Origin: Vitrella brassicaformis CCMP3155
Lineage: Eukaryota > Protista > Chromerida
Length of the DNA: 64,000 nt
Assembly (NCBI GenBank): GCA_001179505.1
Contig: CDMY01000077.1
Span: 158,080-222,079, forward strand
Direction: 5' to 3'
Shown here: positions 23,059 through 36,400 of the stretch, in pieces
How positions within the stretch are numbered: position 1 is the first letter of the stretch
Layout: each line of letters begins with the position of its first letter
The notes under the pieces: model-generated
Databases searched by the model: none
Told to the model about the DNA's origin: nothing
What the model saw: the letters and a program-made list of their open reading frames with translations, nothing else
Position numbers and translations under genes: made by a program

Positions 23059-23563
23059 TCAGCGAAGGGCATTCATGACACTGCTATGGTCTCACCAATG
23101 TATTGGGGTTAGTCAAGGAAGGGCATTCATGGTGCTGCTGTGGTGGTGCTTTTATTCGCCCACAGGCACCCCCCCAGGCACAGTCCTAGAACACATGCTA
23201 CGAATAGACATCCATAGCTTGTATTCTTCATGCTACCGGCCGCTCCTCCTTTCTGCTCCTCTCTGTGCATGTGAAATGTGAACGCTCTGAATGAGACACA
23301 AGTCAGACAATCAACTGCCATGCATCTGTCGGACCGGTGGGCACATGAGTTAAAGCGTATTCGCCTTTATGATATATGACATAGAGACGGATGCACGTCC
23401 ACACACAGACGTCCACACACACACATGCACACACGCAGCGACCGTCATCTCGCAAATTGCTGCTGGCTTAGACACACACTCTAACTAATATATGCTCACT
23501 TGAATTGCCGAGCACAATCACTCACCCGCGCTAATTAGCAGCTAGCTCTCATCGGCCAGCCAA

Positions 23564-26500
23564 TCATTCCTTTCTGCCAGCCTGCCTCTCTGCCCCTCGG
23601 TCGTCGGCCGATGCCTTCCAATGGGCGAATTTGCTCCACATCTTGCCGCCCTCTGGTATCGCCGGCATGTTAATGGCCACCCTGTCCTTCCACTCCGTCA
23701 CAGACTGACCCGTCACCGTCAATGCCGAAGTCACTCGGCTGGACACCTGGTCACGGAGGAAGCTTGTCAGCGGACCCGACGGCACCGTAGGCTGCATGCC
23801 GTTGACTGCACTAGCCGAAGCCGCTGCGGCACCGTCCCTGCCCCCAAACGGCGATCTGAATGGGGGCGGTGGTGAGGTGGCAAACCGAGATGCCGGCCCG
23901 CCATACAGCGGCGTTGACGCCACCGGCAGCAGGGGGAATCGGGGCGCCACGGGGTTGAGAGTGGGTGCGTTCTGACTGGGCACCTGGACGGCACCGGAGG
24001 GCTGGAGGGAGTCTGTGGACTGCTGCTGAGTGGGGGGCGCGGGAGTGGGGTGCTGCCGGGTGTGTGCGACGGGGGGGTTGCTTGCGATGTATTGATGCGC
24101 TGGGTTGTAGAGGAATAGGGGCGATAGCAGGGAAGCGGTCCCGCCAGCAAATTGCTGAGCGCAACTCCTGCACGAACGAAACAGAAGATACATCATCTCA
24201 CATGAAGAATGTCGTCAGGGCACCTCGCCCGTCTCACCTGATGGTTGTCTGGTAAGTCATGCGATCAACAAGGTCCTCGAAGTAGTGCCCCTCCATCAGT
24301 GACAGCAGGTGGTTCAGCGACATCACCCACCCGATGCTGCCCTCCTCACGCACAGTAGCTAGCGACGATAGAGAGGGAGAGGGGCCGTCACCCACCTGGG
24401 GCGATGCAGCCGTCACTGCTTCCCGGGCTGGTGGTGGGGGTGGTGGGCGTGTGAGGTCAGTCTTGTTGCCGAGCAGCCACGCGGGGAGCTTGCAGGACAG
24501 GGCCATCTTCAGGAAGGACAAGTCGAACAAAACCTGACACACAAGTGGTCACCAGGCAGAGATCCGAACTGAAACGCCGTGGGTGTCTCGTCTTGATTGG
24601 TTGGCTACCTGAAGTGCATGGCCGAATGACGGCAGGGTCAGCTCTTGGCTCGCCCCGGGGGCTACCGACTGCTGCGTGGTGGCCGGCTCCCGTTCCCCTC
24701 GCCGCCACTTGTGCACGAGGGCTGGTGGGAGGGCCGTGGTGTAGAGGTCCATGCAGAAGCAGGCCAACGCCGTCTTGACGCCATACAGCAACTCCAGCGA
24801 CACGTCACCCCGCCTGGCCATCGCACAACACACACAAGGCGATAGGTTCACCCTCCACAGCACACCACCCACAAACCTACCTTGTGTTGAGGCAGACCTT
24901 GAGCAGCCTCTTGCAGATGAGCAGGCACAGGTCGAAGATGTACGCGCACACCTGCACGGGCACTCCCACCTCGCCCTTCCCCTCGCCACCACCCTCACCC
25001 TCCATCGCCACCGCCGCCCACGACGCACCAGCACCCAATGGCGGCGAGTCGAGCGACGGCGACTCAGCAGTCAGCAGCGCCCTGAAGGAGTGCCGCACAA
25101 ACTCCGTCTGCGCGTTCAGGATGAGCTGTGTCCAGGCAGCGTATGCGCAGTGGACTGCTCGCGACAGGAGGGTGAGCAGGCCGGCTCGGTAGGGCAGCAG
25201 CGAGGGGTAGAAGTCTGCTTGCGAGAGGAGGTGGGCAAGGTGGGTGGCTGAGGGGGACGACCGGGCGGATATGCCCATGCGGACGCCGCGAGAGGGCTGG
25301 GGTGGGGCATGGGCGGCCTGCACACAGAGCAGAGGGACACAGGAAGGAAGGGGAAACAAGCCGTCATCTTCTGTGCGCTCTTCCTCTTCGGGTTTGTTGG
25401 CTGACCTGTGATGCCTGCAGGAGGTCATCAAGATTGCCTGCCAGCACCACCAGCCTCGTCCTAGAGTGCCGCCACCTGTCCAGTAGCACCTCCACGCCTC
25501 TCTCCTTCTCCCCCTGGTCCACTTCCTCCTTCCACAGCCGGCGCCGCAGCTCCCTGTCCAGCAGCCGCCACAGGGCGTGCAACACCACTGCAAGTGACGC
25601 CTCTGTGAGACCCTCCTCCTGCGCCACTCCCCCCTCCGTCACTGTCGCGGCATCTGCGATGATGTCACCGATCTGTGCGTCGAAGTCGGCGATCCATCCT
25701 CGCTGGTCGGTGGGAGGGTGCTCCTGTTGCCCGATGCCGATGGTGGAGGACCGTCTCTCGCCGAGTCGTGAGGTGGATCGTCTGAGGATGGCCTCGCCGA
25801 TGGGCCGCCAGCTGCTGGGGCCGCGAGTGGGGGGAATGTCGAGGTCGTCCTCGTCTTCCGCCTCCTCGTCGGGGAGCAGCCCCCCCTTCTCCCTCACATC
25901 GTCCTCGGGCATGCCTGACGCAAGCCACCCCACACAAACACAGACAGACAGATATGTCGGCGTGTGTGTGTGTGTGTCTTCGTTGCGTGGTGCTGGTGGT
26001 GGCGCTCACCGAAGTCCAGCGGTATGGCCGCTATCCTCCTCTCAATGATCTCCCTGGCGTGCTCGACATAGCTGAGCTCAAAGCTGCCCCACAGGTCCAC
26101 CACTGGCTCTACAGGAGGGGGAACAGCAGCGCTGCCACCGCCGGCCTGTGTGGTGATGGTGGCACAAAGGCCCCGCCATGTCGGCGGCCATGGCGCGGCC
26201 TGGTCCGCTGGCTGCTGCTGGCCGCCCTCTGTTGTTGCGAGCTGATCCGTTAACTCCCGTCTGCGAGCAGCGATCGACGAACGCACCTGGAGCGACGGAC
26301 AAGGAACCGGCCAATGTGACAGACACACGCATGCCGCATGAGTGTGTTTGTTCTAGTGAGGTGTGCTCACCGTGCTGGTGAGTTGGTGCAGGTGTTTGCA
26401 GTAGAGGTCCTCCCTCATGGCAAGCTGCAGCAGCAGCCCATCCAGGTGCTGCTCCACAGCCCCGCCCCAACGCGACAGGAACCCGCTGGCCACCGTCGCC

Positions 26501-27786
26501 AGCGCACCCCTCACCCTCGCGTCACTCAGGTACCCCTGCAGCCGATCCACCGACGGAAGCACCGTCGGCCGCGACAGGTCGGTCCAGAACCGGAGCGCCT
26601 CATCGCCATGCGTCATTTCGAAGGCCAGGGAGGCCGATGGGGGGCTGGCGGGCGGTCCCGATGTGACCGCCTGGCTGGTCTGGTGGGTGTAAATGTCCCT
26701 CTCGAGCGCTCGGACGATGGCATAAGACGGCGGGCTGGCGGAGGGGAGGAAGGCGCACTTGGCCATAACGATGGTCGCCTCAAAGACGTAGATGGTGGCC
26801 GTCACGTGGTCAGCGATCTCCTCGAGAGCCGTCTCGATCGACGGCGGCTCTGCCTCCTCCTCCACCCCCTCCTCCTCAATCGCAGGCAGCAAAGGCGGCC
26901 GCCCCTCATCCATCGCACCTGCAGCACCAGCAGCCTTCCGCGGGGCCGTCCACGACGACAAGTCAGTGGTGCAGAGGGCCTGCAGCAGCTCGCTACGCTT
27001 GGCCATGAACTGCCGCAGCAGCTGGGTGCCGGCGGTTGCCTCGTGCTGGGCGAACGGCTGGCTGCCGGGCAGAGTGGGCGAGAGGGAGAGGGAGGGTGAA
27101 GGGGTGAGGAGGAGGATGGCCGCCAGGCAGTCCACCGCATGCACCGCTGTGAGGGCGACCGATGCGAGGGACTCGACACAGTCGGCCACCAGTCGCTGCG
27201 GCAGGTCCTGGAACTGCGACCGGTTCTGCCGCACCAGCTGCTCCACACTGATGTCTGTCGGCGACGGCGAGGACGCTGGGAGGGAGGGGGGCGGGGGATG
27301 GGCCGCCCAGCTCTCCTCGATGCTGCGGCGCAGTGACGGCGCCTCGATGAGAATGAGGCTGGTGGCCTCGAGGAATCTGTGGTCGCGTAGCTTGGCCCAG
27401 ACGGCAGCCGACAGCTCCAGCAGGTACTTGAGCTTCTTTGCCGTCTCGAAGTGTGCCGCTGTGGCCTGGAAGGGGTCCTCTTCGTCGGCCCGCCGGCCGC
27501 CCAGTGACTCACTCGCCAGCTCACGGAGCGACTTGGTGAGTTGCAGGATGTGTGCCGACGAGTCCTGGGCGGTCCGTGCGTGTGTGTGCATCTTCGCCAG
27601 CAGGTCGGAGCTCTCGATGACATCTCGGTAGCGGGCTCCCACCAGCTGGCGGATCTCCTCCGACTTGCCCTTGATCTCCCCATCGGTCTTGTCGAGGATG
27701 CTGCGGATGGTCGACAGCTTCTGCTTACGGAACAAATCGTCCACCGATGCCACTCGCATGCCGTTGAGGCCCTGCACAGCCGCCAT
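23564..27786 (-). CDS. COG1: Conserved oligomeric Golgi complex subunit 1 (Vps51/Vps67 N-terminal domain)
   Basis: N-terminus VDDLFRKQKLSTIRSILDKTDGEIKGKSEEIRQLVGARYRDVIESSDLLAKM is the Vps51/COG1 signature, followed by KLKYLLELSAAVWAKLRDHRFLEAT. Multi-exon helical body. The last intron (phase 2, ATC AG|G AGT) joins ORF 23564-24196. Confidence 0.85.
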
Positions 27787-28051
27787 CTTCACCAGCTTTC
27801 TCCGGCTCTCTTTGGGGTTACAACAGAAGAAGGGTTTTTTGGGGTGAAAGGGTTTCTTTCCCGCTTGCACATCTCTGCAACTTGTACTGTCTCCTAGCGA
27901 TTTCCCCTTTTGTCGCCCTCGGCCCAGAGTGCCACCTCGACCCCTAGATCTGTCATCTCTTGCCTCGCGTCCGCATCGGCATGCGCCAGTGCGGACGATA
28001 AAGGGAAGGGGAAGGGAAGTTCACTTCTCCCCCCTGACCGTTCGTCCTGAC
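27787..28051. promoter_or_regulatory. Putative bidirectional promoter between COG1 and the CCCH gene
   Basis: Only 265 bp separate the two divergent start codons (27786 on - and 28052 on +). Confidence 0.5.
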
Positions 28052-30449
28052 ATGGTGGAGGCCCCCCCTGATACCGTGGCGCACACGGAAGAGATCCCTC
28101 TCGCCACCCACGACGATGTCGCATCGCCTGCACGCACCCGAATCGACGAGACAACCACCAGGAAGAGGGTGCCCAAGGTACGTATCGTGTGTCGTGGGAG
28201 GGAGACGACACTCAGGGGAGGAGGCGCATGGACGTCTCCCACATCTGCCTGTGCGTGTGTGGTGACTGGCTGGGTGTGTGCAGGGTCTGGAGCTGATATG
28301 GAACGACCTGCAGGGCATCGAGGACTCCAGCTCCGATGAGGACAGCACGGCCGACCGTGGTGTCCTCCTCTCGACGCCCACCTCGTCATGCGCCTTTGTG
28401 GGGGAGATCACGGAGGAGATCAAGGCCATGATACCGCGGGACGAAGACGGCAACCTGACCAGCATCGGCTCCATCGAACACGCCAAGGACCCCTCCAAGT
28501 GCCAGCCGTGCCTCTTCCACCACCGACAGGGGTGCACCAACGGACTCGCATGCAGATTCTGTAAGCAGTGCACACACCATCGGAGTCTGACCTGACTGGC
28601 GGACGGGACGCAGACAGAGGGGAGGAGGGGGGAGACAGGCAGGAGACGGCAGCAACAAGGCAGATCCATCCGCATGGGCGAATGCTTGTTGATCTGGGCT
28701 GTGTGAGAGCCTATAATCGATCGTGGGTCTGTGTGTGTGTGTTTGTCATGATGGTCAGGTCATTTTCCGCACACTCCCCGCAAGAAGAGTCGGGCATCAA
28801 AGAGGAAACGACTGCGGCAAAAGGCGCAGCAAAACGTTGAGGTGGGAGGGGGGAAGCTCACACCGTCTGTGCCACCCACTGCCCTACGTGTGTCCCCTCT
28901 GTGTGTGTCTAGGATGAGGCGGAGAACGCTCTGTCTCAGACCACTCAACTGCTCCTCTACCAGCCGGCAGCGGGTCAGTCACCACAGACACCCCATACAA
29001 CACACAGAAGACTAGACTCCCCACTTGTCGACTCTTTCACCCTCTGTCTGTGTCTGCCTGTCTGTGTGTGTGTGTGTGTGGTCAGGTTTTCACCACAAGC
29101 TGTTCCCTCCGGTATCTCAGTCGAGGGAGGCCCTCCCGCTGCCCGTCCCCCACACACTCTCTGACCCCGACCCACACACAACCACCCGCACCGACCAGAA
29201 CGACGCCGACAGCCACGCCTCCGAGGACGACTGCCTCGACGAGCGGTCATCCCACTCGCCATTCCTCCCATCCACCCGGCCGCTGGCGCGTGTCGTGCCG
29301 CCCCCTCTCGTCAAGAACGGCGCTGTCGTGGCGGCCACCATGTCGGCTCCGCCGGCATCGGCATCGTCGCAGCCCAGCAGCAGCAGTGCGCCGGACCCCA
29401 CTCTCTCGCCGCCATCGGTCGCCTCGACGTCCCCCTTTTCAAACGCCCTCTTCCAGCCGACCCAGACCACCTTCAGCAGCCAGCAGGGGACCAAGGGGCG
29501 ATCGCTGTCGTCGCTGCTGCCGCCACAGATGCTCATCAACATCAGCATGGGGCTGCCCGACGACACGCCCACGCCATCACCCTCACCGCCTGGCGCCCAT
29601 CCCCTGTCGCTGGTCGACAACCTGCCGGACCTGTTTCAGAGCCCACCGGTGCACTCGTTGCGTGAGAGGGGATGGGAGGGGGGCGGCGTCCGTGCGCCGC
29701 ACTCGCCGCCCTCCTCGTCGCACTCACACGCAGGAGCCACCCCGTCTCGCTTCCTCACGCACACACTGGGCGGAGACCTCTTCGGCGCCCCCACCACCGA
29801 CACACACAAGCAGCGACCGGCGTTCCTTCGGCTGCCGTCATACCCCCTGCACACACACGAGACCACCACCAGCTTCGGCAGCTTTGGCAGCAGCAGCACG
29901 GGGGTGGGTGTGAGTGTGGGTGTTGGTATGGGTGAGGTGACGCTCGTGAGAGAGGACGGGGGAGAGATCAGACGGAGGAGCGGCCCCGGCCACACCATCT
30001 CAGACGAGACCTCCGAGCACGAGCCGTTGCCGAGCATCATTCCGCCACCCCGCAGCAGCAACTACTGCGACCCCTCTCACTTGTCCCACACCCTCAGTGC
30101 GTCCCGCTCCTACTTCCCTCCGCCCCCACCCGGCTTCTCCCCTCGCAACCGGGACGCCACGTCCATGGCGTCGAATCAAATGCCAACCAGCACAACCACC
30201 ACGACACCAACAGGAGAGGACAGGGGGAGGGGCGTCCTGGGGCGGGTGCCTTCGTACACCTATGCCAGTACCGCTGCTAGTGCTGCTGCTGCTGCTAGTG
30301 TAGGTGGTGGGTCGTTCGGCGTCCGTGGTAGGGGTGGGGGGGGTGAGTGGATGAGGCCGCCTCCCCCGCCCCCACCACCGCCACCACCGGCTCCCCCACT
30401 CGTGGAGAGTAGGGCTAGCGGCATGGCCTCCGGTACCTGGCGGACGTGA
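28052..30449 (+). CDS. CCCH (C3H1)-type zinc-finger protein of the alveolate SIGS..H..C type, with long Pro/Ser-rich tail
   Basis: Spliced sequence LTSIGSIEHAKDPSKCQPCLFHHRQGCTNGLACRFC|HFPHTPRKKSRASKRKRLRQK (intron after TTC T|gtaag at ~28561, acceptor ~28758). Basic NLS-like stretch. Last exon is in ORF 29025-30449. Confidence 0.8.
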
Positions 30450-33400
30450 CGTGACATGATGTGATGTGATGTGATGTGATGTGACTGACTTGTACTTTCT
30501 GGGTGCGTGGCTGATAGATGTGCGTACTACACACCGACAGGGGAGGGTAAACCAAGGAGGGCAAGGAGGGAGGGGCGTGTGGTGTGCGGTTGCTTACCTT
30601 ACTTACTGGGAATGCGTACGTACGGCTGGCTGCATGCACACAGTTGCTGCTTGGCTGGCGAACTGGCTGGCTGACACGACACACGCATGCGCATATGCAT
30701 ATGCACAGACATATCTACACCTACATACCCACATACCTATCTACGCGCTATGTTGACCTCGTCCCATCGCATGTCTCCCTCTTTCCCTCCCTGCCTGCCT
30801 GTCTTCCGTCCTGACCGATCGGCCATGGCCGAATGACCGCATTTGTGGCTGACTGACTGGCTGGCTGTCTGGCTGGCTGGGCGAGTGGGTGTGTATTGTC
30901 TTGTCGCATGTATGATCGATCGCATGGCTGTCTGTCCGATAGAGTCATTGATTGATGACAACCGATTTATCTATGCATGCATAGCACGATCGCTTGTTGC
31001 CCCCCTCCCCCCCACTCACCTTGTCCGTCCGTTTCTCCCCTTCCCCTCCCCGATTGGATTGGATTGGATTGGTGGACTGTCTGTCTGTCTGCGGCTTGGC
31101 TGCTGCGTGCCCTGCATAAGGCTGGCACGGAAGGCGGCCGCCACGACTGGCTGGCTGGCTGGCATGGCTGGGTATATACATGTCTGTCTGCATCTATCTA
31201 TCTAAATCGGTGAGCTTCGGCACGTGTCGGGAGGGGAGGGACGGGCGTGGGATGACTGACTGACGTATGTATTCATTGAGCTGGCTGTCATTCCTGCATT
31301 CGTTCTTTCTTTCTGGCTTTCTTTCTCTTATCACTGCTTCATGCATTGATTCATTCATCGGACGCTCTATATTTGTTTGTGCGGTGTCATCCATCCATCC
31401 AGCCATTCATTATGTAATGATTCATTCGTGCATTCATTCATTCATTCATTCATACGTATCGTCACCCATTTGAGAGAGGGAGAGGGCGGAAACTTACTAG
31501 CTCAGCCACTGACTACCTACCTACCTACTTGCTCATGCTGTCTGTGTGGATGGATGGATGGATGGATCCTCTGTAGGTCGATCGCTATCTCGATCGCTAT
31601 CTCGCTCGACTACTTGCTTGCATGCATACCTTATGCAGCATATGTACTGATTTGCTGCGTACACACGTACCTATCTACCTACCTACCTACCTACTTGCTT
31701 GCGTAAGTCTTACGGAGGGAGGGCATGGCGGGGCGGATGGGGCTGGTTGGGTTGGCGACTGTCTGTCTGTCTGTCTATACTGGCTGACGACATGACATCC
31801 ATGTGTCAGTCAGTCACGCGTCATGACGGTTGTTGCTGGCTGTTGGAAGGAAGGGTGTGCTGTGGGGTGACGGGTGGGGTGGCTCTGTAGATATGTATAC
31901 TTGGACAACAGCTATGGCTGGCGGGCTGGTAGCCAGGCCTCTCTCTCCGTCTCCCTCACTCCTTTGCTTCGCTTCCTCACTCACTCACTCACAGCGTCCC
32001 ATGCATCAATCAACTGTTCTCTGCTCTTGCTGTCATGACATGATGCTTCTTACGTTGTTCATCCGGCTGATTGGTATGTTGTATCCATGGGAGCACCTCG
32101 GCTCAATTTTCCTGACCGATGCACTCACTCGTCCATACATCCGTCCAGCCATTCATTCACTGCCTGCATGCAGAAGGAAGGAGGTTTTCTGCTTTTGCCC
32201 TCCGCCCTTGTGTGAGTGAGTGAGTGAGTGATCGACCGACCTGTATGTGTCGACACTGGCTGGCTGGCATGACGCACGCTGCTTTCCGTTTCCCTCTTTA
32301 TTTCTTTCTTTTCCTTCTCTTTTGTTTTGTTTTGTTTGGGCGGGCGCCTTTGGCTCTGAGGCGATGCGCTTCACTGCCGCCTTTTTCTAACGTTCTTCAT
32401 TTGTTTACACATGACGCTTTCGTTTTTCTTCCCTCCACCACTGGTCCGACATGGTGGATGGACGGCACGCTTTGTCCACTCTTGTACAGTATAGATGGCT
32501 GGCTGGCTGTGGCTGCTCACTGACTCCGCTATCGCGCTCCTCTCACTCTTTTCACTCACCTCGTCTCATCTCGTTCGTCGCAACGACCCAGGGGCACCTG
32601 CTGACCAACAGTGCTTCCTGGTGAGGCTGTGCTCGCCCTTGGTGCTAGCCAGCCCTATTCCTTGCTGCCATCTTTCCATCTTGCTGATCGTCATTTGTGT
32701 GAAAGTGCGCGGATGCATGTGTGGCTGTTTGGTTTGACAAACGCGTGAATGGGTGCACATGTACACCATACTGTGGCTGTCTCAGCTGCTCGCTCGCTCG
32801 CTCAACCGCTCGACCGCTCGCTCGCTCGACCGCCTGCCTCTTGGGCCACTTGTCCATTCACCTCTGACTGACTGACATCCGTACTGACTTATTTACTGAC
32901 TTACATACTTACTGACTTGCCAACGTACGTACGTACAGCCTTGCGTACATATCATTCATATCTACTCCACTCCCGGCCCTGCCATGCATACTTGCATGCA
33001 ATGAGTGTATCCATTCATTCATTCATTACATCATCGAATCGATTCACTCATGCACAGTAGACAGACAGATTTAGGTCTCGCCCTCTCGACCCGATCCGCT
33101 CCGCTCCGCTCCGCTCTGGGGTCTATCTACTCTAACGCTCCTCTGTCTGCCGCCCTTTTCGAGAAGAACCTTTGCGTATGTATGTATGTGTGTGTGTGTG
33201 TGTGTGCATCACTTTGACCGACGGACAGCGAAGGCATGCCTGCACCAGTGCTGCTGGCTTTCCAGGGGGGGATGGATGCACACGCAGGCAGGCAGGCGGG
33301 CAAGCAAGGCAAGCAGGCTGCCCTTTTTATAACATGGTGTCATTACTTGCTCATTCACTGCTCATCTTGACAAGCAGCAACTACACTGGGAGAGAGGGGG

Positions 33401-36400
33401 GGGAGGGATCGATTGGAGGGAGTGATAGCGCTTTGAACTTACTCCACACGTATCACGTATACATAAGATATATACAGCCGACCTAGCTAGACCAGCCAGC
33501 CCCGCCCCGCCCCGCCCCGCCCAGCCTCACTCGCCGATTTGTCGCTTCCTTCGTATACCGTCCTTCTTTCTATCTTTGGGCGTTTGGCACGTGCCCCTCT
33601 ATCAAATCTGTTGTATGTATAGCATGCAAAAAGACAGAGCCGGCCGGCCGGCTGGCTGGCACGCGCGCAGGTTTGTTCGATACCCAGACAGGCAGGCAGA
33701 GGGAGGGAGGGAGGGAGGGGGGGAGAGAGAGGCGGGAATGGATGTATATGCGTCGCGTGCGGGTCGTTGGGGGTGTCTGGATGGGTGGCGGGAGAGGTTC
33801 GCTCGTTGCAATTTTTCTGGAGCGCTAGGTGGAACGACCGGATGCTCGCTCCACAGGTAGGTACACAGACAACAGGTGGGAACACACAGATGGACAGACA
33901 AACTGACAGAGAGAAAGAAAGACCAACGGAAGTGTACTCACCCCATCCACCGTGTCTGTCTGTCTGTAAGGGGAGGAGGACTGCTGCTACGGACTGACCT
34001 GCCCTGTGTCTGTGTCTGCCTGTGTCTGATGTGCTGTGTGTGCTGGGCTGTGTGGCATGGTGTCGTGTGGTGTGGTGTGCGATATGGTGTTGTTGTCGGT
34101 GTGGATGGATGGATGGATGCAAGGATGGGGGGTATAGGTGTGGTTGCAAGGTGACTGACTGCTGACTGCTGACTGAATGCTTGCTTGCCTGTCTGTCTGT
34201 CTGTCGTGAAATGGAGTTTCTTGTCAGTGGCTGATGGATGTGACTGATGCGATCGATTGATTGATTCATGTGACTGACGTGGACTGGCGACTGTGTGTGG
34301 GTGGGTGGGTGGGTGGGTGTGTGGATGTGTGGGTGCGTGTGTGTGGTGACTTGCGTGAGCGCCGCCCATTCATTCTGTCTTCCCCTGTTTCAATCTTGGC
34401 ATTCTTTTTTTGGCGGGGGCCTGTCAGGTGCGGAGGGGAGGAGGTGGCCCAGACAGACAAAGAGACAGACAGACAGGTGGGTGCTGGGGCGCACCGACTG
34501 ACTGTAGCTAGCGATGCGGGATGCCTCTCTGCCCAAAAGGACGCAAGGAAGATGGAGAGGCCTCCCTGACTGACATGACTGTCTGACTGACTGACTGCCC
34601 CGCCTGTTAGGTTTGTCTCTCAAGCCTCTGACTCACTGACTGACTCACTCACTCACTCCCTGCATCGTCCCTCTCACTTTGTCAGGTACACAGGTATACC
34701 TCCCACACTCGTTCGTTCTTGGCTTCAGTGAGTCGACGTGCGTGGGTCGTTTGATGCGTGGATTTCAAACACAGGCACCACACCCCGACACAGAGATACA
34801 TACCCACACACATGCAGCCAGAAGGAAGAAGGTAGTTGACGCAGGTAGGTCAGTCAGTCAGCCGTGGTTGGGTGGGATGCGCTGAGAGTGATACCATGAT
34901 GAGAGCCCCGTCGGACCGGTTTCCGCCCTCCTTGTAATTAACTGGCTGGCTACCTGCTGTGAGAGCTGAGTGAGTCGGTCCCACCGGCTACATCATGTGA
35001 CTGAGTCTGATGCTCAACACCCATGGGTGGGTGGATGGCTGTGGTATGTCTGCGTGAGTGTCTTGCCTGCTCCCACTGTCTCCCTCTGTCCGGTTGTATG
35101 TGTGCCATGTTGCTCGTTACTTTGTCCTTTGCTCGTTCGTCCAGTCCACCACACGGAGTGATCATCTCGCTCAGTCAGTCGTAAGGTACGGTTCCTCTCT
35201 CACTCACTGTCTGTCCCCCTCACTCACTCTCTCGTCTGGCCTTGGCTTTCTCTTTCTTGCCGTCATTTCCGCAACCTCGTGTCTCGTCAACCGTCTAAAT
35301 TCTCGCGGCGGAACGTCTCGTGCGAGTGGGGCACATCCCGCTCGCTTTGGGCGTTCCGCTTGGCGAAGGATGACTGTTGACGATACATGAGACCGGAGGG
35401 CAACCTTCCGCTTGCTTGATCCGTGTATCCGGCTCTGCCTTGTCTGTCTGTCTGTCTGTCTGTCTGAGATGGCTACGATCGTGTTCGTCTATTTTTATGC
35501 GGCGTGGCAGGCGTTCATTCCCCATGCATCATGCATATTGGACACCCACGGCCGTCGACGATCCGTCTCCTCTCTCTCTCTCGGCAGCACCTCACGACAC
35601 TACATGTACACTTCACACACACACACCCATCATGGCCCAATTGGGGAGTTGGGCACATTCTCGCGACGGGCCTCTCCCACACCTTCTCTCCCTCTCATCT
35701 CGCCTTCGATTTGTGTTCTCGCCGTCATTCTAATGTCTGCTATGCTCGTCTGTGCGGTGGTTTTTTGCTCTAGTCGGTTTTTGTTGCTTTGTGCGTTATG
35801 TCTCGTTCCGTCATGTCATGCCACGTCAGGGTCACGTCAGAGAGTCAGACAGGGTCAGTCAGCTAGCGTGTTTTGATGAATTGAGGTCGGCGTGATGCGA
35901 AGGCATCCACCGATCGTCCCCTGTCCTCTCCTGCCTGCGGCGCTTCCCAGTGTTGACTAGCCCAGCCCGTCTACCTGTGTTTCTTGATTGATTGGCGGCA
36001 CAGACAGACAGAAGGGGGTCTTTCTGTCCCCCGTTTTTTGGACAGACAGTGCAATCAGGTCGCGTGCTGTGTTGGGGGTTGGGTTCTATCTGTCGTGTTA
36101 TGTTATGTTGCTTGCTGGATGTGGAGAAGGAAGGGAGGGGGCACATGCGCATCACATCTCCATCACACGCACGCATGAAGCGTTCCATTCCATTCCGTCC
36201 ATTTAGGCCTGTCTGTGTGAGTGCATATGGTACCCCCTCTTTCTTGGCTGGCTCTTCATGGCTGGGCGGGGGCGGGGTGGGTGTGTGGGGGTTGAACGGC
36301 ACCTAATTCGATGGTTCCTTATCTGCATGCATATGTTCGTGAGGGAAGGGCAGCACACGAGACGAGACAGCGGCACAGACAAGACAAGACACGGAGGAGG

